NCBI GenBank assembly: GCA_019358935.1
Contig: JAHHIK010000058.1
Location: 1 to 52,592 of the forward strand
Length of the DNA: 52,592 nt
Origin: Tolypothrix carrinoi HA7290-LM1
Lineage (GTDB): Bacteria > Cyanobacteriota > Cyanobacteriia > Cyanobacteriales > Nostocaceae
Reading direction: 5' to 3'
Below, one piece after another: positions 17,642 through 25,861 of the stretch. Position 1 is the stretch's first letter; the number at the start of each line of letters is the position of its first letter. Position numbers and translations under genes: made by a program. The notes beneath the pieces were generated by a model. That model worked only from the letters and a program-made list of their open reading frames with translations. It was not told the DNA's origin and did not search any database.

Positions 17642-18901
17642 TTAAATTACATCTTCCAAGACGCGGCGGGTATTTAGCCAAGCCCAAACACCGACAGCAG
17701 CAACAACAAAACTCATTACTACCAGCACAGTTCGCAAGCCGAAAGCATCAGTAATCGGACCTGTAATCGCTAAGGGTAGAGAAAGGGCAATATTCACAGC
17801 ATGATTTTGAAAGCCAAATACTTTACCTAGCATTGTTGGCGGAGTTTGCTGTTGAATTAGCGTTTGCATCGGCACACCAATTAAAGAAGCACCAATACCA
17901 AGCATTGCACATAGTCCTAAAGCCAGCGCTAAATGGTTGATAAAAGTAAACAAGCCCAAAACCAGCGCCATCATCAAAAAGCCGATTAAAGGTAAAGGCT
18001 TGCCATGTAATTTCTCGCCCCAGTTACCCAAACTCGCTGCACCCAAGACCATACCAACCCCAGCAGCTGCTAAGAAAAAACCAAATTGTTTCTCTTTCAA
18101 ACCAAATTCCGCCGCTAATCTAATGCTCAATACCATTAAAGCTGCAAAGACGCAATACAAAGTCACAAGTTGCAACATGGCATTCAACACTAAACGGTTT
18201 TTCTTCAGGTAGCGCAACCCCTGTTTGAAGTCAGCCCAAGGGTGAATTACCGCCTCAGCGTCGTCTATTGCTTTGTTTTCTTTAAAATTAATCGGCTGCA
18301 TGATTATAGCCGATAACACGTACAATGCACCGACTACAAGCTCTTGACCATATTTTTCTCCCAATAAGTCTTTTGCCCAACTCAACATCGGCTCACCGAC
18401 TGCAAAGCCGACAATTAAAGCGCCCATCATTGTACTGCTAAACAGCGCATTAGCTGCCAACAAATTCTCTCGGCGCACGATTATAGGAATGGCAGCTTGT
18501 TCAGCTGGAGCAAAAAACTGCGTCACAGTCGAGATGGCAAAAGTGACTATCAACAAAATCAGAAACTCTCGTGGCAAAAACGGCAGACACAGCGTTAATA
18601 TACCGCGTACCACATCAGAGCCAACCATAATTAGCTTTTTGGGAAAGCGATCGACAAAAATGCCACCAGCAGAACCGAACAAAATTGCTGGTATTGTAAA
18701 CGCCACCATCAAAGTTGAGTATTTGGAGTTTTGCGCCAACCCAGGAGACGGGTAGTATTCCAGCAGGGCAATCATCAAAACGAAGAAAACCTTATCTGCT
18801 AATTGGGACACTAGTTGCCCAATCCACAAAAGCATAAAAGCACGATTTTTTAGCAGGGCGCTAAACCCGTTATTGACAGCCGCAGGTTCAGTTGGGAACA
18901 T
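17642..18901 (-). CDS. MFS transporter
   Basis: MFPTEP start at 18901 (the upstream ORF extension is STRR), LWIGQLVSQLADK, GIFVDRFPKK motif A, about 12 TM segments. Confidence 0.92.
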   Translation of the reverse strand: MFPTEPAAVNNGFSALLKNRAFMLLWIGQLVSQLADKVFFVLMIALLEYYPSPGLAQNSKYSTLMVAFTIPAILFGSAGGIFVDRFPKKLIMVGSDVVRGILTLCLPFLPREFLILLIVTFAISTVTQFFAPAEQAAIPIIVRRENLLAANALFSSTMMGALIVGFAVGEPMLSWAKDLLGEKYGQELVVGALYVLSAIIMQPINFKENKAIDDAEAVIHPWADFKQGLRYLKKNRLVLNAMLQLVTLYCVFAALMVLSIRLAAEFGLKEKQFGFFLAAAGVGMVLGAASLGNWGEKLHGKPLPLIGFLMMALVLGLFTFINHLALALGLCAMLGIGASLIGVPMQTLIQQQTPPTMLGKVFGFQNHAVNIALSLPLAITGPITDAFGLRTVLVVMSFVVAAVGVWAWLNTRRVLEDVI

Positions 18902-18929
18902 TAGAGATTTGGGGTAAGGACTACGGTAG

Positions 18930-19095
18930 ATGGGGAGGGGGAGGGGGGGAGTGGGGGAGTGGGGGGAGTGGGGGGACAAGGGGGACAAGGGGGAGCAGGG
19001 GGAGCCATATCTTCTCCATTACCTATTACCCATTCCCCATGCCCCATGCCCATTGCCCATTGCCCAATGCCCAATGCCCAATGCCCCATTCCCTA
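18930..19095. repeat. STRR composite
   Basis: GGGGAGT and GGGGACAA runs, then ATTACCC and CCCAATG runs. Confidence 0.8.
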
Positions 19096-19136
19096 TTTCT
19101 CACTCCTATTTGCCTACTCTTTTTTCCGGACTATTT

Positions 19137-19715
19137 TTATTGATAACGATTTAAAAGCATCTGTAAAAATTCTGCCGCAGTCAGGCGACTTTTAGGTGGG
19201 GAAACTTCATCATATGAGTCTACCCATCTACCTTGGGTAGTTTGGGGCGATCGCCACATCGATAAATGCTCAACTGGTGGATCTGCGTAAAAGTTATTTT
19301 CCCCACTTCCTAATATTTTAGAACTCCAGTGGGTGTCATAATCATGACTCATTCTGTGAATCGGGAAACTGCCCCACAGAGGTACTCCCCATCCATCTAT
19401 AGCAATAAATGCTTTGATATCACCACCTAACATTTGCCAGGAATACGCTGCGGCTATTGCCCCAACTACACCTGCACTAAAGCTGATGAATATAACTGGC
19501 GATTTAGTGCGATCGCTCAGGCGATTATTTAAAACCTGTAAAATATGAAATCCTGATAATGCCGAAAAACCATCATTGGGCACTTTCAGTATATTCACTG
19601 CCTTTTCTTTATTGGTCTGTAAAAATATTTCTAGCCCGCCCGAAATAAACTTTTCCGTTAAGGCTGGCTCATGAATTCCAGGGCAAATAATTATGCTCAT
19701 CTTTTCAACTAGCAT
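19137..19715 (-). CDS. Conserved cyanobacterial protein, alpha/beta-hydrolase-like
   Basis: IICPGIH, FISFSAGVVGA nucleophile-elbow-like motif, IAIDGWGVPL. Confidence 0.75.
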   Translation of the reverse strand: MLVEKMSIIICPGIHEPALTEKFISGGLEIFLQTNKEKAVNILKVPNDGFSALSGFHILQVLNNRLSDRTKSPVIFISFSAGVVGAIAAAYSWQMLGGDIKAFIAIDGWGVPLWGSFPIHRMSHDYDTHWSSKILGSGENNFYADPPVEHLSMWRSPQTTQGRWVDSYDEVSPPKSRLTAAEFLQMLLNRYQ

Positions 19716-19933
19716 TTTTTACACATAACCCTTATTGCCTAGTGCCTCTTACTGTCGTAAATATAACATTTTTACTTAACTATCTAAAAACGTTAGGTTT
19801 TCAGTCAAGGCAAATGTATTAAACCGCACTCATAGAATTAATATTTTGAATTTTTAAGTCCACGTAGGTGTTATCCCCCTGGATGGGATACTAAAATACG
19901 AGTAAGGGAAAAAACAAAATCCCCTAGATATAA

Positions 19934-21064
19934 ATGGTTACGAGGAATTCAATCGTGGTTGCTACGCCGGAAAAACTGGATCATAAACACGAGCATCTAT
20001 CAAGTCAAGAGCGAGTAGCTGTATTGCTTATGGGCTACGGCGAAGTCGAAAGTTATGAAGACTTCGCTAACTATAACGAACAAGCTTTAAATCTACTGAC
20101 AGCAAAATTTGCACCAGTACCAACGTGGATTTATCCACCTCTGGCACGTCTTTTAGCGTTATTCGATCGCCATGAATGGGGACACACGCATCATGATTTT
20201 ATTTCCCCACATAACGCTATATTTGAAAAGCAACGCGCTGGGATTGAGAAAAATTTACAAGAAAAATGGGGCGATCGCGTTCAAGTTTTCAAAGCCTTCA
20301 ACTTCTGCGCTCCCTTTCTCCCCCACCAAGTTTTAACCGAAATTCATGCAGCAGGCTTCGACAAGCTACTAATTTACCCGTTGCTGGTAGTTGATTCTAT
20401 CTTTACCAGCGGCATAGCGATCGAGCAAGTTAATAATGCTCTTTCCCAAGTTGCTGATGGTGAACATTGGGTTAAAGCACAGCGCTACATTCCTTCTTTC
20501 TACAACGAACCAGCTTACATCGATTTGATGGCTCATCTGGTTGAAGAAAAAATTAACGCTGACTTAGCTAACGCTTACCTACCTTCTCAAATCGGTATTG
20601 TCTTGATGAATCACGGTTGTCCCCACAAAGCGAAAGGCTTTACCTCCGGGATTACCGAAAGTCAGATACTTTACGACTTAGTACGCGATAAGTTAATTAA
20701 CCGCTATCCTCTCATCTCCGTAGGTTGGCTCAACCATGACACACCTTTAATTGAATGGACGCAGCCAAATGCCGAACAAGCTGCAAAAAACCTCATCCAA
20801 TTGGGTGCGAAAGTGATTATCTTTATGCCAATAGGCTTTGCCACAGAAAATCACGAAACTCTCTTGGATGTTCACCACATTATTCATGCTTTAGAGAAAA
20901 AACATTCGGATGTAGGCTACGTACAAATGGCTTGCGTCAACGACGATCCCGAATTTCTAGCAGTGGCAGCTCAATGGGCAAATGCTCACATCGCCGAACT
21001 ACTATCAGAGAAAGCTGTAGCAGTTAATCCCCAACTAGCCAGCGGACATCATCACCACCATTAG
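19934..21064 (+). CDS. Ferrochelatase-family protein (non-canonical paralogue), His-rich tail
   Basis: AVLLMGYG, LLIYPL, NHGCP, WTQP, PIGFATENHETLLD; no C-terminal CAB helix. Confidence 0.8.
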   Translation: MVTRNSIVVATPEKLDHKHEHLSSQERVAVLLMGYGEVESYEDFANYNEQALNLLTAKFAPVPTWIYPPLARLLALFDRHEWGHTHHDFISPHNAIFEKQRAGIEKNLQEKWGDRVQVFKAFNFCAPFLPHQVLTEIHAAGFDKLLIYPLLVVDSIFTSGIAIEQVNNALSQVADGEHWVKAQRYIPSFYNEPAYIDLMAHLVEEKINADLANAYLPSQIGIVLMNHGCPHKAKGFTSGITESQILYDLVRDKLINRYPLISVGWLNHDTPLIEWTQPNAEQAAKNLIQLGAKVIIFMPIGFATENHETLLDVHHIIHALEKKHSDVGYVQMACVNDDPEFLAVAAQWANAHIAELLSEKAVAVNPQLASGHHHHH

Positions 21065-21216
21065 GGAAATGGGGAGACAAGGGAGAGGGGGGAGACAAGG
21101 GAGAGGGGGGAGACAAGGGAGATAAAGAAGAAATTCCCCCTTGTCCCCCTTGTCCCCTTGTCCCCTTGTCCCCCTTGTCCCCTTGTCCCCTTGTCCCCCT
21201 TGTCCCCCTGTCTTCC
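21065..21216. repeat. GGAGACAAG / CTTGTCCC inverted STRR arms between convergent genes
   Basis: Direct reading. Confidence 0.8.
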
Positions 21217-21762
21217 CTAACTCACCCCTCGCAATTTGCGGGTATTTTCAACTAAACTTTGAGCAAATTCGTCAAAGCGTTGAGAAAGTTTCTCATCTAG
21301 TAGCTTGCCTTCAGCGTTGAAAGCTTTCCAAACTTGTCCGATCGCTACTTGTTCGGGTATACACCAAGCGTGAACCCATCTGAGAATTAATCTCATATCG
21401 TTTAAAGCGTTGCTGTTAGGTTGTCCTCCTAAGACGCTAATTAATCCCGCTACTTTACCAGAGAACTGATCGAAGCTCATCAAATCTAGTGCATTTTTCA
21501 ATACACCACTGACGCTGCCGTGATATTCTGGTGTTGCTAAAATTAATCCATCCGCAGAACTGACAGCATCCTGCATCCGTTTTACGTCGGGATAATCTGG
21601 ATATTCTTTTCCCCCGTCGCAAAAGGGTAACTTCATTTGCCTTAAGTCTAAAATTTCGACTTCTGCACCCAGCGCTTCTACTCTTTGCGCTGCTAATTCT
21701 AAAGCCATTTGGCTGTAAGAATCCGGTCTTAAACTACCTGCAATGGCAACAATTTTCACCAT
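21217..21762 (-). CDS. NADPH-dependent FMN reductase
   Basis: IAGSLRPDS, ATPEYHGSVSGVLKNALD. Confidence 0.95.
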   Translation of the reverse strand: MVKIVAIAGSLRPDSYSQMALELAAQRVEALGAEVEILDLRQMKLPFCDGGKEYPDYPDVKRMQDAVSSADGLILATPEYHGSVSGVLKNALDLMSFDQFSGKVAGLISVLGGQPNSNALNDMRLILRWVHAWCIPEQVAIGQVWKAFNAEGKLLDEKLSQRFDEFAQSLVENTRKLRGVS

Positions 21763-21883
21763 AAACCAACATCCTAATATAGATTCAATAGCATTTAATT
21801 AAATGCAAGTCGAAGTCATTACGACTAAATCTATTTTAGCGATTATTATGAGAATGTGTACAATAGACCTCTTGCACTCAAAA

Positions 21884-22028
21884 ATGGGTAATGGGTAATG
21901 GGTAATGGGTAATGGGTAATGGGTAATGGGTAATTGGTACTCCCCCTGCTCCCCCTGCTCCCCCTGCTCCCCCTGCTCCCCCTGCTCCCCCTTGTCCCCC
22001 TTGTCCCCCTAGTCCCCCTTCCCCCTCT
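21884..22028. repeat. STRR: (GGGTAAT)n followed by (CTCCCCCTG)n and TTGTCCCC
   Basis: Direct reading. Confidence 0.85.
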
Positions 22029-22034
22029 CTACAA

Positions 22035-22874
22035 ATGATGCCTATACGTCAAAGTTTATCGAAATCTGATATCCAAGTATCCTACTTAGAGTGGAATCAA
22101 GGTAAAGAACCGTTGTTACTATTGCATGGTTTAGCCGACAACGCGGTAGTTTGGTCAAGCTTGGGAGATTACTTAGCGGCAGAATATCATATAGTTGCTC
22201 CAGATATGCGCGGTCATGGAGAAAGTAGCAAGCCGGAGACAGATTATAGTTTTGAGAGTGCGATCGCTGACTTAGAAGCACTGATGGATCGTTTGGGATG
22301 GTCAAATGCTCATGTTGTAGCGCATTCTTGGAGTGGTAAACTAGCGTGCATTTGGGCAAAGCAAAATCCAGCACGTTTGCGGAGTATGATTCTTGTCGAT
22401 CCGATTTTTATTTGGAAAATACCGAGTTTCTTCAAGTTGACATTTCCGTTGTTGTATCGGGTGTTGCCATTTCTCAAAGGAATGGGACCATTTGCCAGTT
22501 TAGAACAAGCTGAGGTGCAAGCGCGTAAGTTAAATCAATATGCTGTTTGGAATTCTTTACAGCAGCAAGTCTTTCAAGCTGGAATCGAGCAAAAAGCCGA
22601 TGGTAATTGGGGTAGTAAGTTTACAATAGCTGCACGCGATCGCATTTTTGAAGAAGTCATGCGAGTTCCTGGATTAACAGTTACAATTAACACTCCGACT
22701 TTGTTTATCCAACCAGAAAAAGGTGTTAACCGTCAACAATGGCAACTTAAACCTTACAAAACTCATCTAACAAACTTAGACATCTGCCAAGTACCCGGTA
22801 ATCACTGGGCATTTTTGACAGAAAGTCAAGCATTTAACTCGACCGTAGCAGCTTTTTTAAAGCAGCATTCGTAG
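22035..22874 (+). CDS. Alpha/beta hydrolase
   Basis: LLLHGL, PDMRGHGES, AHSWSG nucleophile, PGNH. Confidence 0.92.
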   Translation: MMPIRQSLSKSDIQVSYLEWNQGKEPLLLLHGLADNAVVWSSLGDYLAAEYHIVAPDMRGHGESSKPETDYSFESAIADLEALMDRLGWSNAHVVAHSWSGKLACIWAKQNPARLRSMILVDPIFIWKIPSFFKLTFPLLYRVLPFLKGMGPFASLEQAEVQARKLNQYAVWNSLQQQVFQAGIEQKADGNWGSKFTIAARDRIFEEVMRVPGLTVTINTPTLFIQPEKGVNRQQWQLKPYKTHLTNLDICQVPGNHWAFLTESQAFNSTVAAFLKQHS

Positions 22875-22917
22875 TAAGCGAGAAGATCGCTTATAAATAT
22901 TCTAAATTAATCTTTTT

Positions 22918-23012
22918 TAGGACTTACGCACAAGTCACGGAAAAACGAACCGCAGAGGGCACAGAGAACACAGAAGTTGAGAGGAGCGTTTTTTGTTTTT
23001 GCGTAAGTCCTA
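22918..23012. mobile_element. MITE with AGGACTTACGCA terminal inverted repeats, copy 2
   Basis: tAGGACTTACGCA...TGCGTAAGTCCTa with TTTTT on both sides. The interior differs from the 2591 copy. Confidence 0.85.
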
Positions 23013-23059
23013 TTTTTACTTTTTACTTTTTACTTTTTACTTGGAGCGAAGCGACATTC

Positions 23060-24775
23060 ATGAGCTTTTGTATTAATCCAGTTTGCCCGAAACCGAACCA
23101 CCCAGACAACGATGAGAACCGCTTTTGTCAAAGTTGTGGTTCCCAACTTGAGTTGTTAAAACGCTATCGGGTGTTGCGTCTAGTGAGTGACAAAACTGGT
23201 TTTGGCAAAGTTTATGAAGCATACGAACAAGACACACCGAAAATCCTCAAAGTACTCAAAGAGGATTTATCAACTGATGCGAAAGCTGTAGAATTATTCC
23301 AGCAAGAAGCAGCAGTGCTGGGACATCTGAATCATCCGGGTATTCCCAAAGTGGATGGTTACTTTCAATATCAAACCAGAAATGGCTTGGGATTGCACTG
23401 CATTGTCATGGAAAAAATCGAAGGTCCCAACTTAGAACAGTGGCTAAAACAGCAGCAAAATCGCCCGATTTCTCAAGAACAAGCTATAAACTGGTTAAGA
23501 CAGGTGTTAGAAATTTTAGCTCTGGTACATGCAAAACAGTATCTGCATCGAGATATAAAACCATCTAACATCATGATTCGCCCTAATGGGCAGTTAGTGT
23601 TAATTGACTTTGGTACAGCCAGAGAAGTTACTAGAACCTACTTAGCCAAAGTCAGCAGCGGTGGTGGGGGAATTACAGCAATTATGTCATCTGGCTACAG
23701 CGCACCAGAACAAATAAACGCTCAAGCTGTAGCGCAATCAGATTTTTATGCCTTAGGACGCACTTTTGTATTTTTGCTCACAGGGTATCATCCTTTGGAG
23801 ATGTACGACAGCCATCATAACGTATTGCATTGGCGGAATCATGCGATGCAAATTTCACCTTTACTGTTAAATTTGATTGATTCGCTGATGGTGCGGGATG
23901 TGAATCAGCGTCCAGCTACCGCTCTGGATATTATAAAACGGTTGGAGGCAATTGAACAACAATTAACAGGAACTATTGCGACTGTAAATATTGTCGTCAG
24001 TCCGAAAACTGCCCAATTACCGCTACCAACTACGACAACTTTACCACCGCAGCCGCAAAAGCAGCCGGAAAAACTTCCTTTATTAGCATTATTTGCGGCG
24101 TTGCTAGTATCGTTAGGATTATTAGGTTTAGTAGCCTTAGCAACTCGTTCTTCTAAATTAGCTTCTTTACCTGAAGATTACGGACAAGCACCAGAAAGAA
24201 AAGGCAAAGTTGATTATTTTCCTTATGAAGAAGGTAAAGATAGCCAAGGTAGAGTTGCTGAATTTAACGTTGCTGTTTTATCAGTAGAATATAAATGGCA
24301 GCTGGGCAGTAGTTATCAAGTTAAATATAACGATAAACTGATTAATCTGGACTCTTTAAAGTCTAATTTAGAAGAAGAAGGTATTCAGAGAATAATGGAA
24401 AATCCGAGTGAAATTATCTCTGTCGGCACAGCTTCTTGTGAAGGTAATGTAGAAGTAGAAGAAAAAAGAGCTTTTGAACGTTCTCAGCAATTACAACTTT
24501 TAGTTAAGAAGATATTTAGGAATACCAGAAGCGTGCAAGGTTATCGCTTGTTAAATATGGGTCAATTTCAGCGGAGTGATTGTCAAGCAAATCAAGATTC
24601 AACAGCTTATCAAAGAAGTATTATTATTATTGGTGTGAAAAAACAATCAGAAGGTGTGATTTTAGATGAAGCGTTAAGAAATAGATTAGAGGAAAAGCCT
24701 TTTGCTGATTTTAAGTTAGAGGATTATTCGCTGGGTTCGGAAAAGAGATTTAAAACGATACCCAGCAATTTGTAG
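23060..24775 (+). CDS. Membrane Ser/Thr protein kinase (4-Cys prefix, TM, extracytoplasmic C-domain)
   Basis: CINPVC..CQSCG, GFGKVY, HRDIKPSN, DFG, APE; TM near residue 350. Confidence 0.93.
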   Translation: MSFCINPVCPKPNHPDNDENRFCQSCGSQLELLKRYRVLRLVSDKTGFGKVYEAYEQDTPKILKVLKEDLSTDAKAVELFQQEAAVLGHLNHPGIPKVDGYFQYQTRNGLGLHCIVMEKIEGPNLEQWLKQQQNRPISQEQAINWLRQVLEILALVHAKQYLHRDIKPSNIMIRPNGQLVLIDFGTAREVTRTYLAKVSSGGGGITAIMSSGYSAPEQINAQAVAQSDFYALGRTFVFLLTGYHPLEMYDSHHNVLHWRNHAMQISPLLLNLIDSLMVRDVNQRPATALDIIKRLEAIEQQLTGTIATVNIVVSPKTAQLPLPTTTTLPPQPQKQPEKLPLLALFAALLVSLGLLGLVALATRSSKLASLPEDYGQAPERKGKVDYFPYEEGKDSQGRVAEFNVAVLSVEYKWQLGSSYQVKYNDKLINLDSLKSNLEEEGIQRIMENPSEIISVGTASCEGNVEVEEKRAFERSQQLQLLVKKIFRNTRSVQGYRLLNMGQFQRSDCQANQDSTAYQRSIIIIGVKKQSEGVILDEALRNRLEEKPFADFKLEDYSLGSEKRFKTIPSNL

Positions 24776-24779
24776 TAAG

Positions 24780-24867
24780 TTAATTATATGATGTTTTATC
24801 GACAACAAACCTGTTATTTTCAACTTTAACCAAGACACCGATACCGGGTAATGGTTTGCGATCGCCT
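24780..24867 (-). repeat. Orphan duplicate of the last 88 bp of the kinase gene (25862-25949)
   Basis: 86 of 88 positions identical by eye; includes the stop codon; ends at HIP1. Confidence 0.92.
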
Positions 24868-24977
24868 TTGGCGTTGCTGACATTTAAACTTACTAAAATG
24901 ATAGTTAACACCATGAATAAAGTTTTCTATTAACTCAAAAGTGTACTTAATTAAAAACATTCATAGCGTTAATCACA

Positions 24978-25850
24978 GTGGGCGACATAATGACTATCCA
25001 AAATCAAATTCGCTGTTTGTTGAGCATAAACAAGAGTATCAAGCGCGTAAGCGAAAAAACAGCTAATTGTAGGTGGGCAAACTTTAGTGTAGCCGCTATA
25101 CTACTGTGTTTTATTCCGGTTGGAACTGCCACCGCAGCTACCAAAGTAATGTCTTTAGGAGACTCTTTATGTGCAAACAACATTGCCTCTCTGCGTAGTC
25201 AGGTAGCACAAACCAAATTTGGGTCTACCATAGACTGGGTGGGAACTAAAAAAGACGGCGCATATACTGACCCTGATAATGAGTGTCATGGTGGTTGGTC
25301 GGCAGCGCAGGTGTTGCAACAACCGAAATCAAATGTTCGTCTTCCCTCATGGGAGAAAAACCCAGGAAGCATTCGGGAATGGGTTCAAACGACTAAGCCT
25401 GATGTGGTGCTGATAATGCTTGGCACTAATGATTTCTTTGGTGGTAATGCACGAGGCGATAACACATCAGGCTTTCTCACAAAATCCCTTCAAGGGGTTG
25501 TCGATGATATCTTGTTATTACGTCCCAACGCCAAAGTTGTAATCGCCTCAATTCCCCCGTTTAAATGGGATATAAATAAGGGTGTCGATGCTAATCAAAC
25601 TAAAACTACTGCCAACGCATTTCTTAAGCAACGTGTCACAAAGCTTTCCGCACAGGGCAAGCGAATCTTCTTCCTTGATATGCACGCTTCAATACTTGCT
25701 CGATTAAAACAGGGCGATATTTTTAGTAACGACGGTCTCCACTTTAACGATCAAGGCAATAAGTTTGTAGCACAAGAGTGGACTCGTGCCCTGAAAGCGG
25801 TACTTCAAGGGACGCAAACGCCCATTATTCCGACAACTTCTAAAAACTAA
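24978..25850 (+). CDS. Secreted SGNH/GDSL hydrolase
   Basis: LGDSL, HGGW, MLGTND and DGLH blocks; signal-like segment. Confidence 0.9.
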   Translation: MGDIMTIQNQIRCLLSINKSIKRVSEKTANCRWANFSVAAILLCFIPVGTATAATKVMSLGDSLCANNIASLRSQVAQTKFGSTIDWVGTKKDGAYTDPDNECHGGWSAAQVLQQPKSNVRLPSWEKNPGSIREWVQTTKPDVVLIMLGTNDFFGGNARGDNTSGFLTKSLQGVVDDILLLRPNAKVVIASIPPFKWDINKGVDANQTKTTANAFLKQRVTKLSAQGKRIFFLDMHASILARLKQGDIFSNDGLHFNDQGNKFVAQEWTRALKAVLQGTQTPIIPTTSKN

Positions 25851-25861
25851 CATTTAGGCAC

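Noticed and set aside
17478..17754. MPHAPCP / GHGAWG / GGQGG short ORFs (also near 7317, 10986-11351, 18892-19195, 48836-49171, 50206-50808)
   Set aside because: These are translations of STRR heptamer arrays, which stay open by construction; no independent coding evidence.
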